Source: a virus
IMG/VR virus record: IMGVR_UViG_3300045988_099717
Span: 82,967 to 146,966 of that record
DNA: 64,000 nt
Strand: one strand, 5' to 3'
This document shows positions 19,202 to 29,437 of this stretch, piece by piece (positions within the stretch are counted from its first letter, which is position 1; each line of letters begins with the position of its first letter). The notes under the pieces are model-generated. The model made no database searches, had not been told where the DNA came from, and saw nothing but the letters and a program-made list of their open reading frames with translations. Both the position numbers and the translations under genes were made by a program.

Positions 19202-19473
19202 GTTTGTTTGTATGTTCAAAGTGTGGCTGTATAGATAATACAGCCACATCATGTTACTGGGCTATTATAAGACCTTGTAAGAATCGTATTTACGATAAGT
19301 CGCTAAAGGGATATGAAGGCAAGCCTCTTTGTTCTGAATGCGCCGCTATTGAATATGATAAGGATGATAAACTGGTGGTAGTTCCTGGAACGTGGCATGG
19401 TAAGTTCAAGAAAGAATGGCCTACTGAAGAAGAAAAGAAGCATATTGGTAAAAACGGTATTTTAAATATGTAA
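19198..19473 (+). CDS. Small Cys-rich zinc-ribbon-like protein
   Basis: Contains CSKCGC...C...C...CSEC. Its start overlaps the upstream stop. Confidence 0.45.
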   Translation: MSLFVCSKCGCIDNTATSCYWAIIRPCKNRIYDKSLKGYEGKPLCSECAAIEYDKDDKLVVVPGTWHGKFKKEWPTEEEKKHIGKNGILNM

Positions 19474-19476
19474 ATT

Positions 19477-19782
19477 ATGTGTGATAAGGAAATTGTTGTA
19501 TGTGCAGCTATATGGGTTCAAGATCACAAGAACAAGCCTCACGGTCCAGTAAATATACCATCTGGAACCGTATTTTGTGGATTGAGACACTGTTCCATAA
19601 TATCGCAACTTGCGGCATACGGAATAGCCCATAAAAACCGCAGTGTTCAAGGATTTTTGACAAGCAAGAATCGGTTTTTAACAAGAGAGGAGGCATCTGA
19701 ACTTGTTAAGAGCAATAATCAGGAAATGATAGTAGATAGGAATGCCGTTAGAGAACAATTGTATTCAGAAGATTTATATTAA
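19477..19782 (+). CDS. Hypothetical protein
   Basis: 101-aa ORF. No motif recognised. Confidence 0.45.
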   Translation: MCDKEIVVCAAIWVQDHKNKPHGPVNIPSGTVFCGLRHCSIISQLAAYGIAHKNRSVQGFLTSKNRFLTREEASELVKSNNQEMIVDRNAVREQLYSEDLY

Positions 19783-19799
19783 CTAAAAACAAAATAATA

Positions 19800-21125
19800 T
19801 GGGATTTATGATTATTTAACCAACAAAACCACCATACTTTAGTAGGTGGATGAATTGGTTTGATTAATTTTGAATCAAAATTACAGATAAAAAAATGATT
19901 TCATACAAATACAACATCTATCATTCGAAGAAAACGAAGTATCTTGACAAGATGCTTCGTGAATGTTGTTTTGTATGGAATCATGCGTTAGCTCTACAAC
20001 GTAGGTATCACAAACTGTTTGGGAAATATATATCAATTGGTAAAATGAAGAAACATTTTACCAAAAGAATTAAAAGAAATCTTCTTCATTCCCAAACAAC
20101 ACAAGAAATACTTGAACGTCTTGATGAATCTTATAATCGTTTCTTTAAGAAGTTAGCTAAACGACCTCCTAAGTTTAAATCACCGGAGAAATTCAATTCT
20201 TTTGTATTCAAACAAGGTGGTTTTACCCTGAATGGTAATTGTTTAACAATTAACAAAGGAAAGAAACGATTTAGATTCTCATACAGTAGAGTCTACGAAG
20301 GTAATGTTAAACAAATTAGAATAGTTAGAGAAACGTGTTCCCGTTTTAGTTTGATTATAGTTACAGACTATAATCCTATAAACTCCTATAGAAAGACACA
20401 TGATGGTGCATCTATAGGATTGGATTTTGGCCTGAAAACTTATCTAACTAAAAGCGATGGTAGCAAAATCGATTCTCCATTATTCTTAAAACAATATCAA
20501 AACAAGATTAGAAAACTAAACAAACGGCTTTCTAATGCAAAGAAAGGATCCAACAATAGAAGAAGGAGATTGTTTGAACTCCAACAAACGTATCGTAAAA
20601 TAAACGATCTTCGATCGGATTTTCAATGGGGATTAGCACACCAGTTATGCAAACAGTATGATTATATTTTTATTGAAGATCTAAACATTGAAGGAATGAA
20701 ACGTTTGTGGGGAAAGAAAGTTTCTGATCTCAGTCATTCTTCTTTTATTGATAAGCTAATGTATGTTTCTTCAAAGTATGGAGTAACGATACACAAGATT
20801 GACAAATGGTATCCTTCTTCCAAAACTTGTGAATGTGGCTGCATTAATAAAGGACTGTCGTTACGCGACCGCACGTGGGTGTGCCCAGCGTGCGGAGCGA
20901 TTAACGACCGTGATGTTCTTGCAGCTAAAAATATTCTTCGGAAGGGCATTTCCGAATTGGAGAGCAAGAGTAATTCCAGCGATAGTAATATCGGGGTTTC
21001 TTGCGTTTGTATCCAAGAATCCCATTCGCTTTAGCGATGGGAGTATGTCAAACTGGTAATTGCATAATTTAATTGAACGTAAATCCAAAGGACCCCAGTG
21101 AATCCTTTTTTGACGTATATGATAG
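19800..21125 (+). mobile_element. Candidate IS200/IS605-family element carrying only tnpB (IS1341-like); boundaries approximate
   Basis: An intact TnpB ORF. A hairpin ccacc-N11-ggtgg lies upstream at about 19834-19854. A hairpin aaagga-N10-tccttt followed by TTTT lies downstream at about 21093-21118. The 3' flank could encode a guide (omega) RNA. Confidence 0.5.
19895..21034 (+). CDS. tnpB: TnpB (IS200/IS605 OrfB-type RuvC-like nuclease, RNA-guided family)
   Basis: The N-terminus YKYNIYHSKKTKYLDKMLRECCFVWNHALA is typical of TnpB. A RuvC-I-like D is present (GLDFGLK), an E in FIEDLN, a zinc finger CECGC...CPACG, and a C-terminal DRDVLAAKNI (RuvC-III). Confidence 0.85.
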   Translation: MISYKYNIYHSKKTKYLDKMLRECCFVWNHALALQRRYHKLFGKYISIGKMKKHFTKRIKRNLLHSQTTQEILERLDESYNRFFKKLAKRPPKFKSPEKFNSFVFKQGGFTLNGNCLTINKGKKRFRFSYSRVYEGNVKQIRIVRETCSRFSLIIVTDYNPINSYRKTHDGASIGLDFGLKTYLTKSDGSKIDSPLFLKQYQNKIRKLNKRLSNAKKGSNNRRRRLFELQQTYRKINDLRSDFQWGLAHQLCKQYDYIFIEDLNIEGMKRLWGKKVSDLSHSSFIDKLMYVSSKYGVTIHKIDKWYPSSKTCECGCINKGLSLRDRTWVCPACGAINDRDVLAAKNILRKGISELESKSNSSDSNIGVSCVCIQESHSL

Positions 21126-21185
21126 AGATGAGATGAAATTGATATACGGAATAAAGATCAGTATTCTGAAAGAAATGTTTATCAT

Positions 21186-21503
21186 ATGATTACCAAGCAG
21201 GACATACAAGCAGCAGCATCGTATATTTTCCGAAGCAGTTTTGTCTCGGAGGACCAGGCAAGGAAAGCAATGGTAAGAGTCGGCAATAACGCTACCAAGA
21301 TCCTCGTCAAGACCTTTAGAGGCAAGTTGTTCAAGAAAGCTTTTGAAAGAGCCCGTAGAGGAAAGGATATCAGTTCTTTTGAAAGACAGGAAAAAGAAAG
21401 TGGTTTCAATTTTCTACACAATCCTAATAATGGTCGTATGCAAAGCGGTCATATTATAATAGATGGAATTGGTCTGTTTAAACAAATAATTCATGAAAGG
21501 TAA
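21186..21503 (+). CDS. Hypothetical protein
   Basis: 105-aa ORF. Confidence 0.4.
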   Translation: MITKQDIQAAASYIFRSSFVSEDQARKAMVRVGNNATKILVKTFRGKLFKKAFERARRGKDISSFERQEKESGFNFLHNPNNGRMQSGHIIIDGIGLFKQIIHER

Positions 21504-21643
21504 AAAAGTTGATATTCGTTTAGGCAGAGGTCTGGCGAATCAGATTAAGATAAACAAAACCATCCCAGTGTCTCATAAACCAAAAGAAGAACGTCGAATG
21601 ATGTTTGTTTGTGGTGATGATATTGCTTCTATTATAAAGCGGT

Positions 21644-22036
21644 TTGAAAACGAATCAAAGTAATATAAAGTCGGACATATATCTTGTCCGATTTTTTTTA
21701 TATATTTGTGGCATGGCAAGAGGTTATTATTGGATACCACAAACAGATGAAACGTTAAATGGCAGAAGCTATTACGTGGCTAAGATAGTAGGAGATATCA
21801 CGTTTGATACTAAACGAAAAAGAATCGTATTTCAAGCTGATAGGTATTTCCCTGTAGGATCTGTTTTCCATTTTACGCACAATTGCTTCAATTATATCAT
21901 AACTTGCCTAATTCGTAAGCCGGGGCTTTGGTTTGAAGCCAGGAGAGAGGATTCGGGCTCTATTTGCCCTGAAGATATTGAGCGCTTTGAATCGGGAAGG
22001 TTTATACACCGAGATGGGTACATGCATTACATATAA
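21644..22036 (+). CDS. Hypothetical protein
   Basis: 130-aa ORF followed by the hairpin tgacga-tttt-tcgtca and a T-run. Confidence 0.45.
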   Translation: MKTNQSNIKSDIYLVRFFLYICGMARGYYWIPQTDETLNGRSYYVAKIVGDITFDTKRKRIVFQADRYFPVGSVFHFTHNCFNYIITCLIRKPGLWFEARREDSGSICPEDIERFESGRFIHRDGYMHYI

Positions 22037-22089
22037 GCTGAACTTGACGATTTTTCGTCAGATTATAATTTTTTTTTCATATTATTTTT

Positions 22090-22127
22090 AAGCCATCAGA
22101 CTGAGAAGTTAGATGGCTTTATTTTCT
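22090..22127 (+). terminator. Terminator-like hairpin upstream of the 2140-aa gene
   Basis: 8-bp stem aagccatc/gatggctt with a 14-nt loop, followed by TATTTTCT. Confidence 0.5.
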
Positions 22128-22148
22128 ATGATATGCTTGATTTTTAAC

Positions 22149-22156
22149 TACCTTTG
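22149..22156 (+). promoter_or_regulatory. Candidate Bacteroidota-type -7 promoter box (TAnnTTTG) for the giant ORF
   Basis: TACCTTTG lies 24 nt upstream of the ATG at 22180. The assignment rests on the motif alone. Confidence 0.3.
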
Positions 22157-22179
22157 TCTCATAACAAAAATGTTTTACT

Positions 22180-25100
22180 ATGACATCAACGTGTATTATT
22201 AAAAGAGATAATAAAAAGAAAGTTGTTTCTGTCTCTACCAGATCAGGGGACAGGTCTATGTTGTTTGATAAAATAGCATCTGTTCCCCTTATGGAGAATA
22301 GGGAACGGGCTACTACTGTTTTTAAAACCGTATTTTCTAATAAGTTCTTAAAGGCTTTTGGCGACTGGAGAAAGAGAGTGCCTATCAACAAACAGGCTTA
22401 TAATAAGGTAAAATCCAACATCGATCTTATCCCAGAAGCCTATATAGAAAGGGTGCTGGATAAGGCTTCTAAGATGAGTAACCCTGTTCTTGTGTCAAAA
22501 TCAGATGCACCTTATGGGATTCAAGAATCGGGCTTTGGATTCTACAGCCAAGATCTGGGTGATAATATTATGTTGGTGGATGCTATGGTTCCGTCAAGTA
22601 TTTCCGTACCGGAAGGACCGGGAATAGACGCCGGGCAGTATCTACAAGATGCTATATCTTCGGACTTCACTCCCGTATCTATGGTACAGGATAAGGGTGT
22701 TAATTATATGGTTATAAAAGACGGTCTTAAGATATTTAGCCCAGAAGAGCTACCAGAAACAGATTCTAATCCTGTGGGTGTAACGTATCAGACCGGAGAG
22801 CCTCGTTTGTTTTTCATGAACGATCGTAGTCAATTATTTGAAGATTACGAAGAAGCTCTTCGCTCTGGCGGGAATGATATTAGAATAGGATTCTTATCCG
22901 GCACCGTTCAAGAATCTACCGTGGATGGCGTGGCAGACATTACTTACAAGGCTGGAAAGTATATTCTTAATAATCCCAAGTCTTTTATACCGGTCATGAC
23001 CGCTTCTGCTTCTACTTCTTTATCAACAAAAGGCGGGATAATTAACTACCTTATAAAGAAAGGTCTTTTGTCAGGATCTAAGATATTCGATTCGGAAACA
23101 AGAAGCTATTATCTTACAGGAGAAGGACATACAGGACAAATTAGACTTTTCAATTCAGCATTATCCTACACCGAGCTCCGTAATCATTTTGGTTCCGATG
23201 TTTCCATGAACGACCAAGGTATGATAACCATAAGCTCGTTGGATAATAGTAAGGTAACTATGAGGCTCGCTACCGGAGGAACGGAAAGGGTTAGCAAAGA
23301 GCAGATAAAGAACGATCTTAAGTCAGGAAGATACAATGAATTGGACGCCAAGTACGATCATTTTGATGCGCTTGTAGTTTCATTCATATTAGAAGACAAC
23401 GATCTTTATGCTGATACTAAAGCTAAGATCGTATCAGATTATAGCAGGCAGGAACGTGATCAACGAAATTCTATTGTCGAGATACTGAAAACTCTTGGCG
23501 TTAGTGTCATAGGTATGACCGACTATATAGAGAAGTACCAAACCAAATACGGGCATGAACCTTCTGCTAAGGCATTGGCGGATATTGCCAATAACGTAAT
23601 AGCAGTTGGTGAAGATGCTACTTTATCTGATTTAGTAGAAGAAACAGCCCACTTCCTTGTAGAGGCATACAGAGATCAGAATGCTGTTGAGGCTGTTCTG
23701 CAAGATGTAGAAGGTACGGAAGAGTGGAACCAGTATGCAGGTCAGTATTATAATACATACGGTAAGGTATATGAAGGAGCTGAGCTTGATAATGCTGTTA
23801 GGAGAGAAATTTTTGGAAAGATCCTCGCCAGGGAGATGCAGACCGGCACAGCACAGGCGCCGGTAGAGCCCACCTCCTTCCTGGGGCGCGTCCGGCAGCT
23901 TCTCTCTGGAATCGTAAGCTGGCTTAAATCAGCTTTATCAACCCAAAGACAAGATTTGAATAACGTTATTAAAAGCATTCGTGATCTTGCCATTACTGAC
24001 ATAGATAAAGGATTTGACACCTCTCTGTTAAAGGATAATGACTTTACATTATACTCCCTTTCTTCTATGAACAAGAACAAGTTTCTTGAGTCTAAGATCC
24101 GGGCATTGAGAAAAACCTTAAGAGACTTGCGTCAGATAAGCTCTGATAGGGCTGTAACTACGTCTATGACCCTTGCTCAGCTTAAGACTATAGAAGATAA
24201 GATAAATAAGGTAGAGACCGAAATAGACAAGAATGAGATGGCGGCTGCCATGAATAGCATGATCTCTACAGCCGAAGCTCAGGTCAGATACTTAAGCAAT
24301 GTGGTGAACACCATCCTTCATGGTGATACCAAAGATGGTAAGCTTCACTTCAATACCAATGATCGAAAGAACGTAGATATTATCAACAATCAGGTTCTTC
24401 CGATCATGAACGATCTTCGAGGATATATCCGTAACAGAAGTACCGAATTTGATGAACGTGAAAAGCAGGATTATACAAATAGGATTAATACCGTCATTGC
24501 CGACATTAATGGTATTCAGTCTGATATTAAATCAGTACAAGACCTTGATGAAAGCACGTTGCTTGATAAGTTAATGAACGAACTTCATGTGCCGGCAGAT
24601 AAGGTAAAGAGAGTAAAAGAATTTTTTGACAAAGTTCAACATGATGTCTCTTGGATAAGTAGGTGGTTCGGTATATTAGAGCATTCTTCCAGTCCGTTCA
24701 ATAACGCTCTTGGAGCTATGATTGCCAAAGACAATTACAATGCGATGGTGAATGCTCAGCCCGCCATATCCGACTTCCTGGCATATGCTAAAAAGCATGG
24801 TTTTAACAAATATGAATTTGAAAAACTGCTTCAGAAAGTAGATGGCAAAACTTCTAATTACCTTCGCAGTGCTCTTGATATGGCTAAATACGATCGTAAT
24901 AAGAAACTGGCACAGATGCGTGCGTTTGCGGCTGCCATGAACATAGAAATATCAGAAGAAGAAATCAATGATGTGGTTGACAATAATCGTAATTACGTAT
25001 TTAAAAGAGAAGTAGTTGACAAGGACGGAAATACGGTTACTGAAAACGCTAAATTTAAGCCCTCATCTGACAGGGTTAATACCGATATTTTTACCATCGA

Positions 25101-28100
25101 GCAGGAAAAGATCTATACGGAGCAGATGGAAAAGTGGGATGCTGAAAATTCAGAATTGGAATTTAGTGAAAGTTACGCCACAAGAATGGAATCCATATAC
25201 AAAAAGGCTGAAGAAGAATTAGGACATCCGGTTTCTCAAACAACCAAAGAATACCTTAATGCCTTATCCCGGCAAAAACGGATATTGAGGCAGCCTTTTA
25301 TTGATAGCGGTGGTAATTTTGATGAGGTTGCCTACTATAAGAGTAGTAACTACGAAGAAGAAGGACTGCTTCGTAAACAACGTAAGGAAGCAGCTTCGGA
25401 ATACATATATGTAGGGACCAGACGTGTTGAAAAAACCGGCGACCAACTTAAGATGGCCAAAGAAATACAAGCCATAAATGAAGTTTGGAGAAAAGAATCA
25501 AATAATGCCACTAATTCCGTATCAGAATCGTTTTTGCAAAAATTAAGAACGATTCAGAACGAGTCAGGAGGAGAAGCTGCGTTGAAGGCACTTATGTTGG
25601 GAGGTCACCTGTCATTTAATGATCGGTTTTGGAATGATGTAGAATCGGAACAGTCGGCACGTACCGAATCAAATAACAAGGCTTCGTATCTTAAAATGGC
25701 GCATGATATCATTAGTTCTACGACAAGTGATAGAGATGCGACTGACGTGGACTCGATTGTAAAAGATATAGAAAAAAATAAGGCCATTATCAAGGAAATA
25801 ATCGGAAACAATCGCGATGTGGCTGATATCGGAGAAATTAACGAAGCGACATTTACCTCATCTGAAAGAGATGCTTTTAGGGCCGCATCTGAAGCTATTG
25901 AAGCCGATTACGCTATCTTAATAGATTATGCTAAGATGGTGGGTCTTGAAGATATTGATAAGTACCTTACTAAAAGCAGTAAGGCTGAAAACGAAGTAAA
26001 TCAGTCTTATTTAAATGCTCTTGCTGACTCCAAGGAAGTGGAATGGAAGTTCGTACAACGTCATACTACGGCGAAGAAAGCAAAAAGGATTCAGGCTTTA
26101 AGGGATAAGCTGTTTAAGGCTGCTGATAACCGATATCTGTTTACCGTATCTGAAACCAACTACCTGTCAGAAAAGCTTGGTATAAGCAAAGAATTAGACG
26201 GTAGAGATTTCAGGAATGCTGTTAATGCTAAGATGGCCAGCTTATTTTTAAATAATACAAGAGAAGAGGGTATAGAAGAAGCTAATGCTATTGTTAATGA
26301 ATTTGCCAGGAGCCAGGTTTTTTCGTACTATAAACGCATGGCGCCTACCGGATATGCGGCCATGATCGACAAAATCGGTCGAGGTGAGATAGATGTGGCG
26401 CAGATGGTTAAGGACGTACAAAACGGTACATCCACCCAAGATTATGGCATGGACATATCGTACCTTTCTTTCGACCCTGCAAGGGCATGGGTGGCTGAAT
26501 CTGAAGCCGAAAATAGCGGCCGTAATCCTGATTATGTAAAAGATCATGGGTATGGTCATCGCATGCCTAAGAAAAGCCTGTATCGTGACGAATCGTATTT
26601 CAATGACTTTGGTATCAAGTATGATGCTGACGGTAATGAAGTTGCTACTAAAAACGTAGATCAGTGGAATATGATTCAAAAACTCAAGGAAATAAAAAGA
26701 CAATCACTTGATCTATACAAAGAGCAGAGCCCGAACCTGTATGCTATTCCACAGATATCAAAACAAGATATAGAACGTATAGAAGGATTGGGTATTAACT
26801 TCAAAAATACGGTTCGTAATTTTGTATCAGATCTGTGCCTGGACAGAGTAGACGATTCTTTATACGGTAAAACCAGACAAGGGGAAGTATATGATCCGGA
26901 AGACAGACTTAGGTCTATACCCAAATACTACATATATGAATTGGAGAACCAAGATGATGTATCTCACGATTTTGGCTACTCTTATTCTATGCTTATGATG
27001 CAGTCATCGTTATATAACGAAAAGCAGAAGTCTATAGAGCTTGCCCAAGGACTGGAGCAGATGTTACTGAATAAACAATTTGAAGGCGGTAAGAAGGCTG
27101 AAGCAACCCAAGCGTATCAGATGTTCAGGGACTTCTTCAACGATCATTATTATGGCATTAGGATGAACACCAAAAAACTTACGGTGAACATCGGAGGATA
27201 TACGGTAGACCTTACAAGAATTATGATGGCTGTTGAAAGATTTATGTCGGTCATGAACTTGGCACTGTCTCCGTTTGTGGCAGCTACCGGCGCCCTGACA
27301 GGTCATATCAACCTCATCATGGAATCTGCCGTAGGACAGTATATAAGCAAAGACTCCCTTAAATACGCATCGGCTGAATTTTCACGCCTTGCTCCATCTT
27401 GTATAGCAGAAACCGGAGACATAGATAGGAAAAGCAAATTATATGTCATAGGTGAGAGAATGGGGATATTCAATATCCGAAATCGTATGTATGGTGCCGG
27501 ATACAATAGAGTGGCCAGGACCTTAATGCGTTCACCTATGTATGCTTTTATGGAAATCCTGAACTACCCTCTTGATCCGCAGGTTATGATTGCTACTATG
27601 GACAATGTTCGTTATTACAAAGGCCGGTTCTACACGTTCCAAGATTTCAAGATGGAAAAAGAACGCAATAAAGAACAGAGTACCATAAAAAGAGAATGGA
27701 ATGCATTAAAAGATCGTACTTTATGGAGTATGGTAGATGTCGTGGATGGGAAGGTGGTTGTAAAGCCCGGATCAGGTGTTACTGTTGAGGAAGTTGAAAC
27801 CCAGATGGCTATAACCAGGAATCAAGTCCGTAGCTTGTCGCAGATATGTAACGGATCTTTGAATGAAGAAAATCGAACTGCCGCATCGCGCAACTGGATA
27901 GCCAGGTTCATGACCGCCCACCGAGGATGGTTGGTGCTGGCGGCTCAACGCCTGTGGAAAAGACGTGGCTTCAATTTCCAAACAATGCAAGAAGAGGAAG
28001 GGTTGTCAATTACGTTAAAGAATATGATAGCCAAAACATTTAGCTTAGCTTCCGAGTCTGGTATGAAAAACATCATAGATGCCTGGAACGAAAATAAAGA

Positions 28101-28602
28101 TAATATGAATGAGGTAGAGAAAACCAATATAAAACGCCTCAGTGTCTATGCCGGCACGTTCCTTATCATGCAAGCCGTATCCATGCTTCTTGCCGGATGG
28201 CGTGATGATGATGAAAACGAAGAAAGTTGGCTTACTCAATTTGGATCCTATGTCGGATTCAGAACCATAAACGAAATAGCTTCACAGATGCCGTTTATTA
28301 TGGAGCTTAACGTTGTAGATATCATTAACGACCCGTTTGTCATGGGGCGGAAGTTGAAGGATCTTACTGATCTTAGGAATTACTCACTTGATAAAGTAAC
28401 ATCCGGCACATACAAAGGAGAGTTTAAGTTATTTAGGCAACTCGCCAGACAGACGTTTATCAAACAATGGTATAACATCAAGACGCCGGAAGACATAGCG
28501 CGCGCCTATAATTGGTGGCAGCAGACAAACAACAAGTCAATGATGTTCTTCATCGGCGCCACTCCTGATTCGGAAGGAGACGATGATGTTAGTTACAAAT
28601 AG
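22180..28602 (+). CDS. Giant protein of 2140 aa, function unknown (virion or injected protein, or tape-measure-like candidate)
   Basis: Uninterrupted 6.4-kb ORF with long helical, coiled-coil-like stretches and hydrophobic segments near the C-terminus. No catalytic motif recognised. Confidence 0.75.
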   Translation: MTSTCIIKRDNKKKVVSVSTRSGDRSMLFDKIASVPLMENRERATTVFKTVFSNKFLKAFGDWRKRVPINKQAYNKVKSNIDLIPEAYIERVLDKASKMSNPVLVSKSDAPYGIQESGFGFYSQDLGDNIMLVDAMVPSSISVPEGPGIDAGQYLQDAISSDFTPVSMVQDKGVNYMVIKDGLKIFSPEELPETDSNPVGVTYQTGEPRLFFMNDRSQLFEDYEEALRSGGNDIRIGFLSGTVQESTVDGVADITYKAGKYILNNPKSFIPVMTASASTSLSTKGGIINYLIKKGLLSGSKIFDSETRSYYLTGEGHTGQIRLFNSALSYTELRNHFGSDVSMNDQGMITISSLDNSKVTMRLATGGTERVSKEQIKNDLKSGRYNELDAKYDHFDALVVSFILEDNDLYADTKAKIVSDYSRQERDQRNSIVEILKTLGVSVIGMTDYIEKYQTKYGHEPSAKALADIANNVIAVGEDATLSDLVEETAHFLVEAYRDQNAVEAVLQDVEGTEEWNQYAGQYYNTYGKVYEGAELDNAVRREIFGKILAREMQTGTAQAPVEPTSFLGRVRQLLSGIVSWLKSALSTQRQDLNNVIKSIRDLAITDIDKGFDTSLLKDNDFTLYSLSSMNKNKFLESKIRALRKTLRDLRQISSDRAVTTSMTLAQLKTIEDKINKVETEIDKNEMAAAMNSMISTAEAQVRYLSNVVNTILHGDTKDGKLHFNTNDRKNVDIINNQVLPIMNDLRGYIRNRSTEFDEREKQDYTNRINTVIADINGIQSDIKSVQDLDESTLLDKLMNELHVPADKVKRVKEFFDKVQHDVSWISRWFGILEHSSSPFNNALGAMIAKDNYNAMVNAQPAISDFLAYAKKHGFNKYEFEKLLQKVDGKTSNYLRSALDMAKYDRNKKLAQMRAFAAAMNIEISEEEINDVVDNNRNYVFKREVVDKDGNTVTENAKFKPSSDRVNTDIFTIEQEKIYTEQMEKWDAENSELEFSESYATRMESIYKKAEEELGHPVSQTTKEYLNALSRQKRILRQPFIDSGGNFDEVAYYKSSNYEEEGLLRKQRKEAASEYIYVGTRRVEKTGDQLKMAKEIQAINEVWRKESNNATNSVSESFLQKLRTIQNESGGEAALKALMLGGHLSFNDRFWNDVESEQSARTESNNKASYLKMAHDIISSTTSDRDATDVDSIVKDIEKNKAIIKEIIGNNRDVADIGEINEATFTSSERDAFRAASEAIEADYAILIDYAKMVGLEDIDKYLTKSSKAENEVNQSYLNALADSKEVEWKFVQRHTTAKKAKRIQALRDKLFKAADNRYLFTVSETNYLSEKLGISKELDGRDFRNAVNAKMASLFLNNTREEGIEEANAIVNEFARSQVFSYYKRMAPTGYAAMIDKIGRGEIDVAQMVKDVQNGTSTQDYGMDISYLSFDPARAWVAESEAENSGRNPDYVKDHGYGHRMPKKSLYRDESYFNDFGIKYDADGNEVATKNVDQWNMIQKLKEIKRQSLDLYKEQSPNLYAIPQISKQDIERIEGLGINFKNTVRNFVSDLCLDRVDDSLYGKTRQGEVYDPEDRLRSIPKYYIYELENQDDVSHDFGYSYSMLMMQSSLYNEKQKSIELAQGLEQMLLNKQFEGGKKAEATQAYQMFRDFFNDHYYGIRMNTKKLTVNIGGYTVDLTRIMMAVERFMSVMNLALSPFVAATGALTGHINLIMESAVGQYISKDSLKYASAEFSRLAPSCIAETGDIDRKSKLYVIGERMGIFNIRNRMYGAGYNRVARTLMRSPMYAFMEILNYPLDPQVMIATMDNVRYYKGRFYTFQDFKMEKERNKEQSTIKREWNALKDRTLWSMVDVVDGKVVVKPGSGVTVEEVETQMAITRNQVRSLSQICNGSLNEENRTAASRNWIARFMTAHRGWLVLAAQRLWKRRGFNFQTMQEEEGLSITLKNMIAKTFSLASESGMKNIIDAWNENKDNMNEVEKTNIKRLSVYAGTFLIMQAVSMLLAGWRDDDENEESWLTQFGSYVGFRTINEIASQMPFIMELNVVDIINDPFVMGRKLKDLTDLRNYSLDKVTSGTYKGEFKLFRQLARQTFIKQWYNIKTPEDIARAYNWWQQTNNKSMMFFIGATPDSEGDDDVSYK

Positions 28603-28815
28603 ACGAAGAATATCGGACTTGCATTGTTTTTGTATGATTCCAATATGTTATATTAGCATCGTCAAAGAGTAGATTGTACGTTTTTTGTTCTTACTTGAAA
28701 GATTATGTAGGTTAATTTTTTTCTGAAATTGTTTTCTTACCGGTTCTCAGTCAGAGATGATAGGGAACCGGTTTCTTTTATGTTGTCAATTATTGCTATC
28801 TTGCAAACAAAAATC

Positions 28816-29433
28816 ATGAGACGAAGATTTCAAATAGGGATGGGGGTAAATCCCTCGCTTATAATCAATAAAGGCATATACATCCGACATGTAGATGGAG
28901 GATTATATACAAAAGAAAATTGGTCTAATAAAGGATATTCCAATGATCTATGCAATGGAATAGCTCTTGTAGATAAAGTGTGTTTTGTTATAGCCACTGA
29001 ATATATTGGCACATTTAGTTGGGGTAAGAATGGAAGAGTAGACAATGTATTTGCACAAAATAGTTCTTATATGGAGACCGTTAAAAAGGATTATTGGGGG
29101 CGTGAAAATCAGAATGCGTATCTTGAATATGATACCAGTAATGAAAATTACGCTTTTAATAAAGCTAATAGCTATTTATTTAAAAATGGTCAAAATGGAT
29201 ATGTAGGTGGCGCCGGAGAGTTTTTTTTGATATCATTGTATGCGAATGAAATAAACGAATGCCTTTTAATGGTAGGAGGTACGATAATGAGTAATAAAAT
29301 GTGGACATCCACTCAATCTACACAATTTACCTATTCGTGGTATTATGATATAAACATCCAAGGAGATCATTTGGATACAAGTACAAGGAGTAATCCACGT
29401 TATGTCCGCCCCTTTACCGAATTAATTTTATGA
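28816..29433 (+). CDS. DUF1566-like (Lcl C-terminal domain-like) protein starting MRRRF
   Basis: The internal ATG at 28816 gives MRRRFQIGM. The C-terminus ...MWTSTQ...W...RYVRPFTEL resembles the DUF1566 signature as I remember it. The track ORF begins at 28729. Confidence 0.45.
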   Translation: MRRRFQIGMGVNPSLIINKGIYIRHVDGGLYTKENWSNKGYSNDLCNGIALVDKVCFVIATEYIGTFSWGKNGRVDNVFAQNSSYMETVKKDYWGRENQNAYLEYDTSNENYAFNKANSYLFKNGQNGYVGGAGEFFLISLYANEINECLLMVGGTIMSNKMWTSTQSTQFTYSWYYDINIQGDHLDTSTRSNPRYVRPFTELIL

Positions 29434-29437
29434 AATT

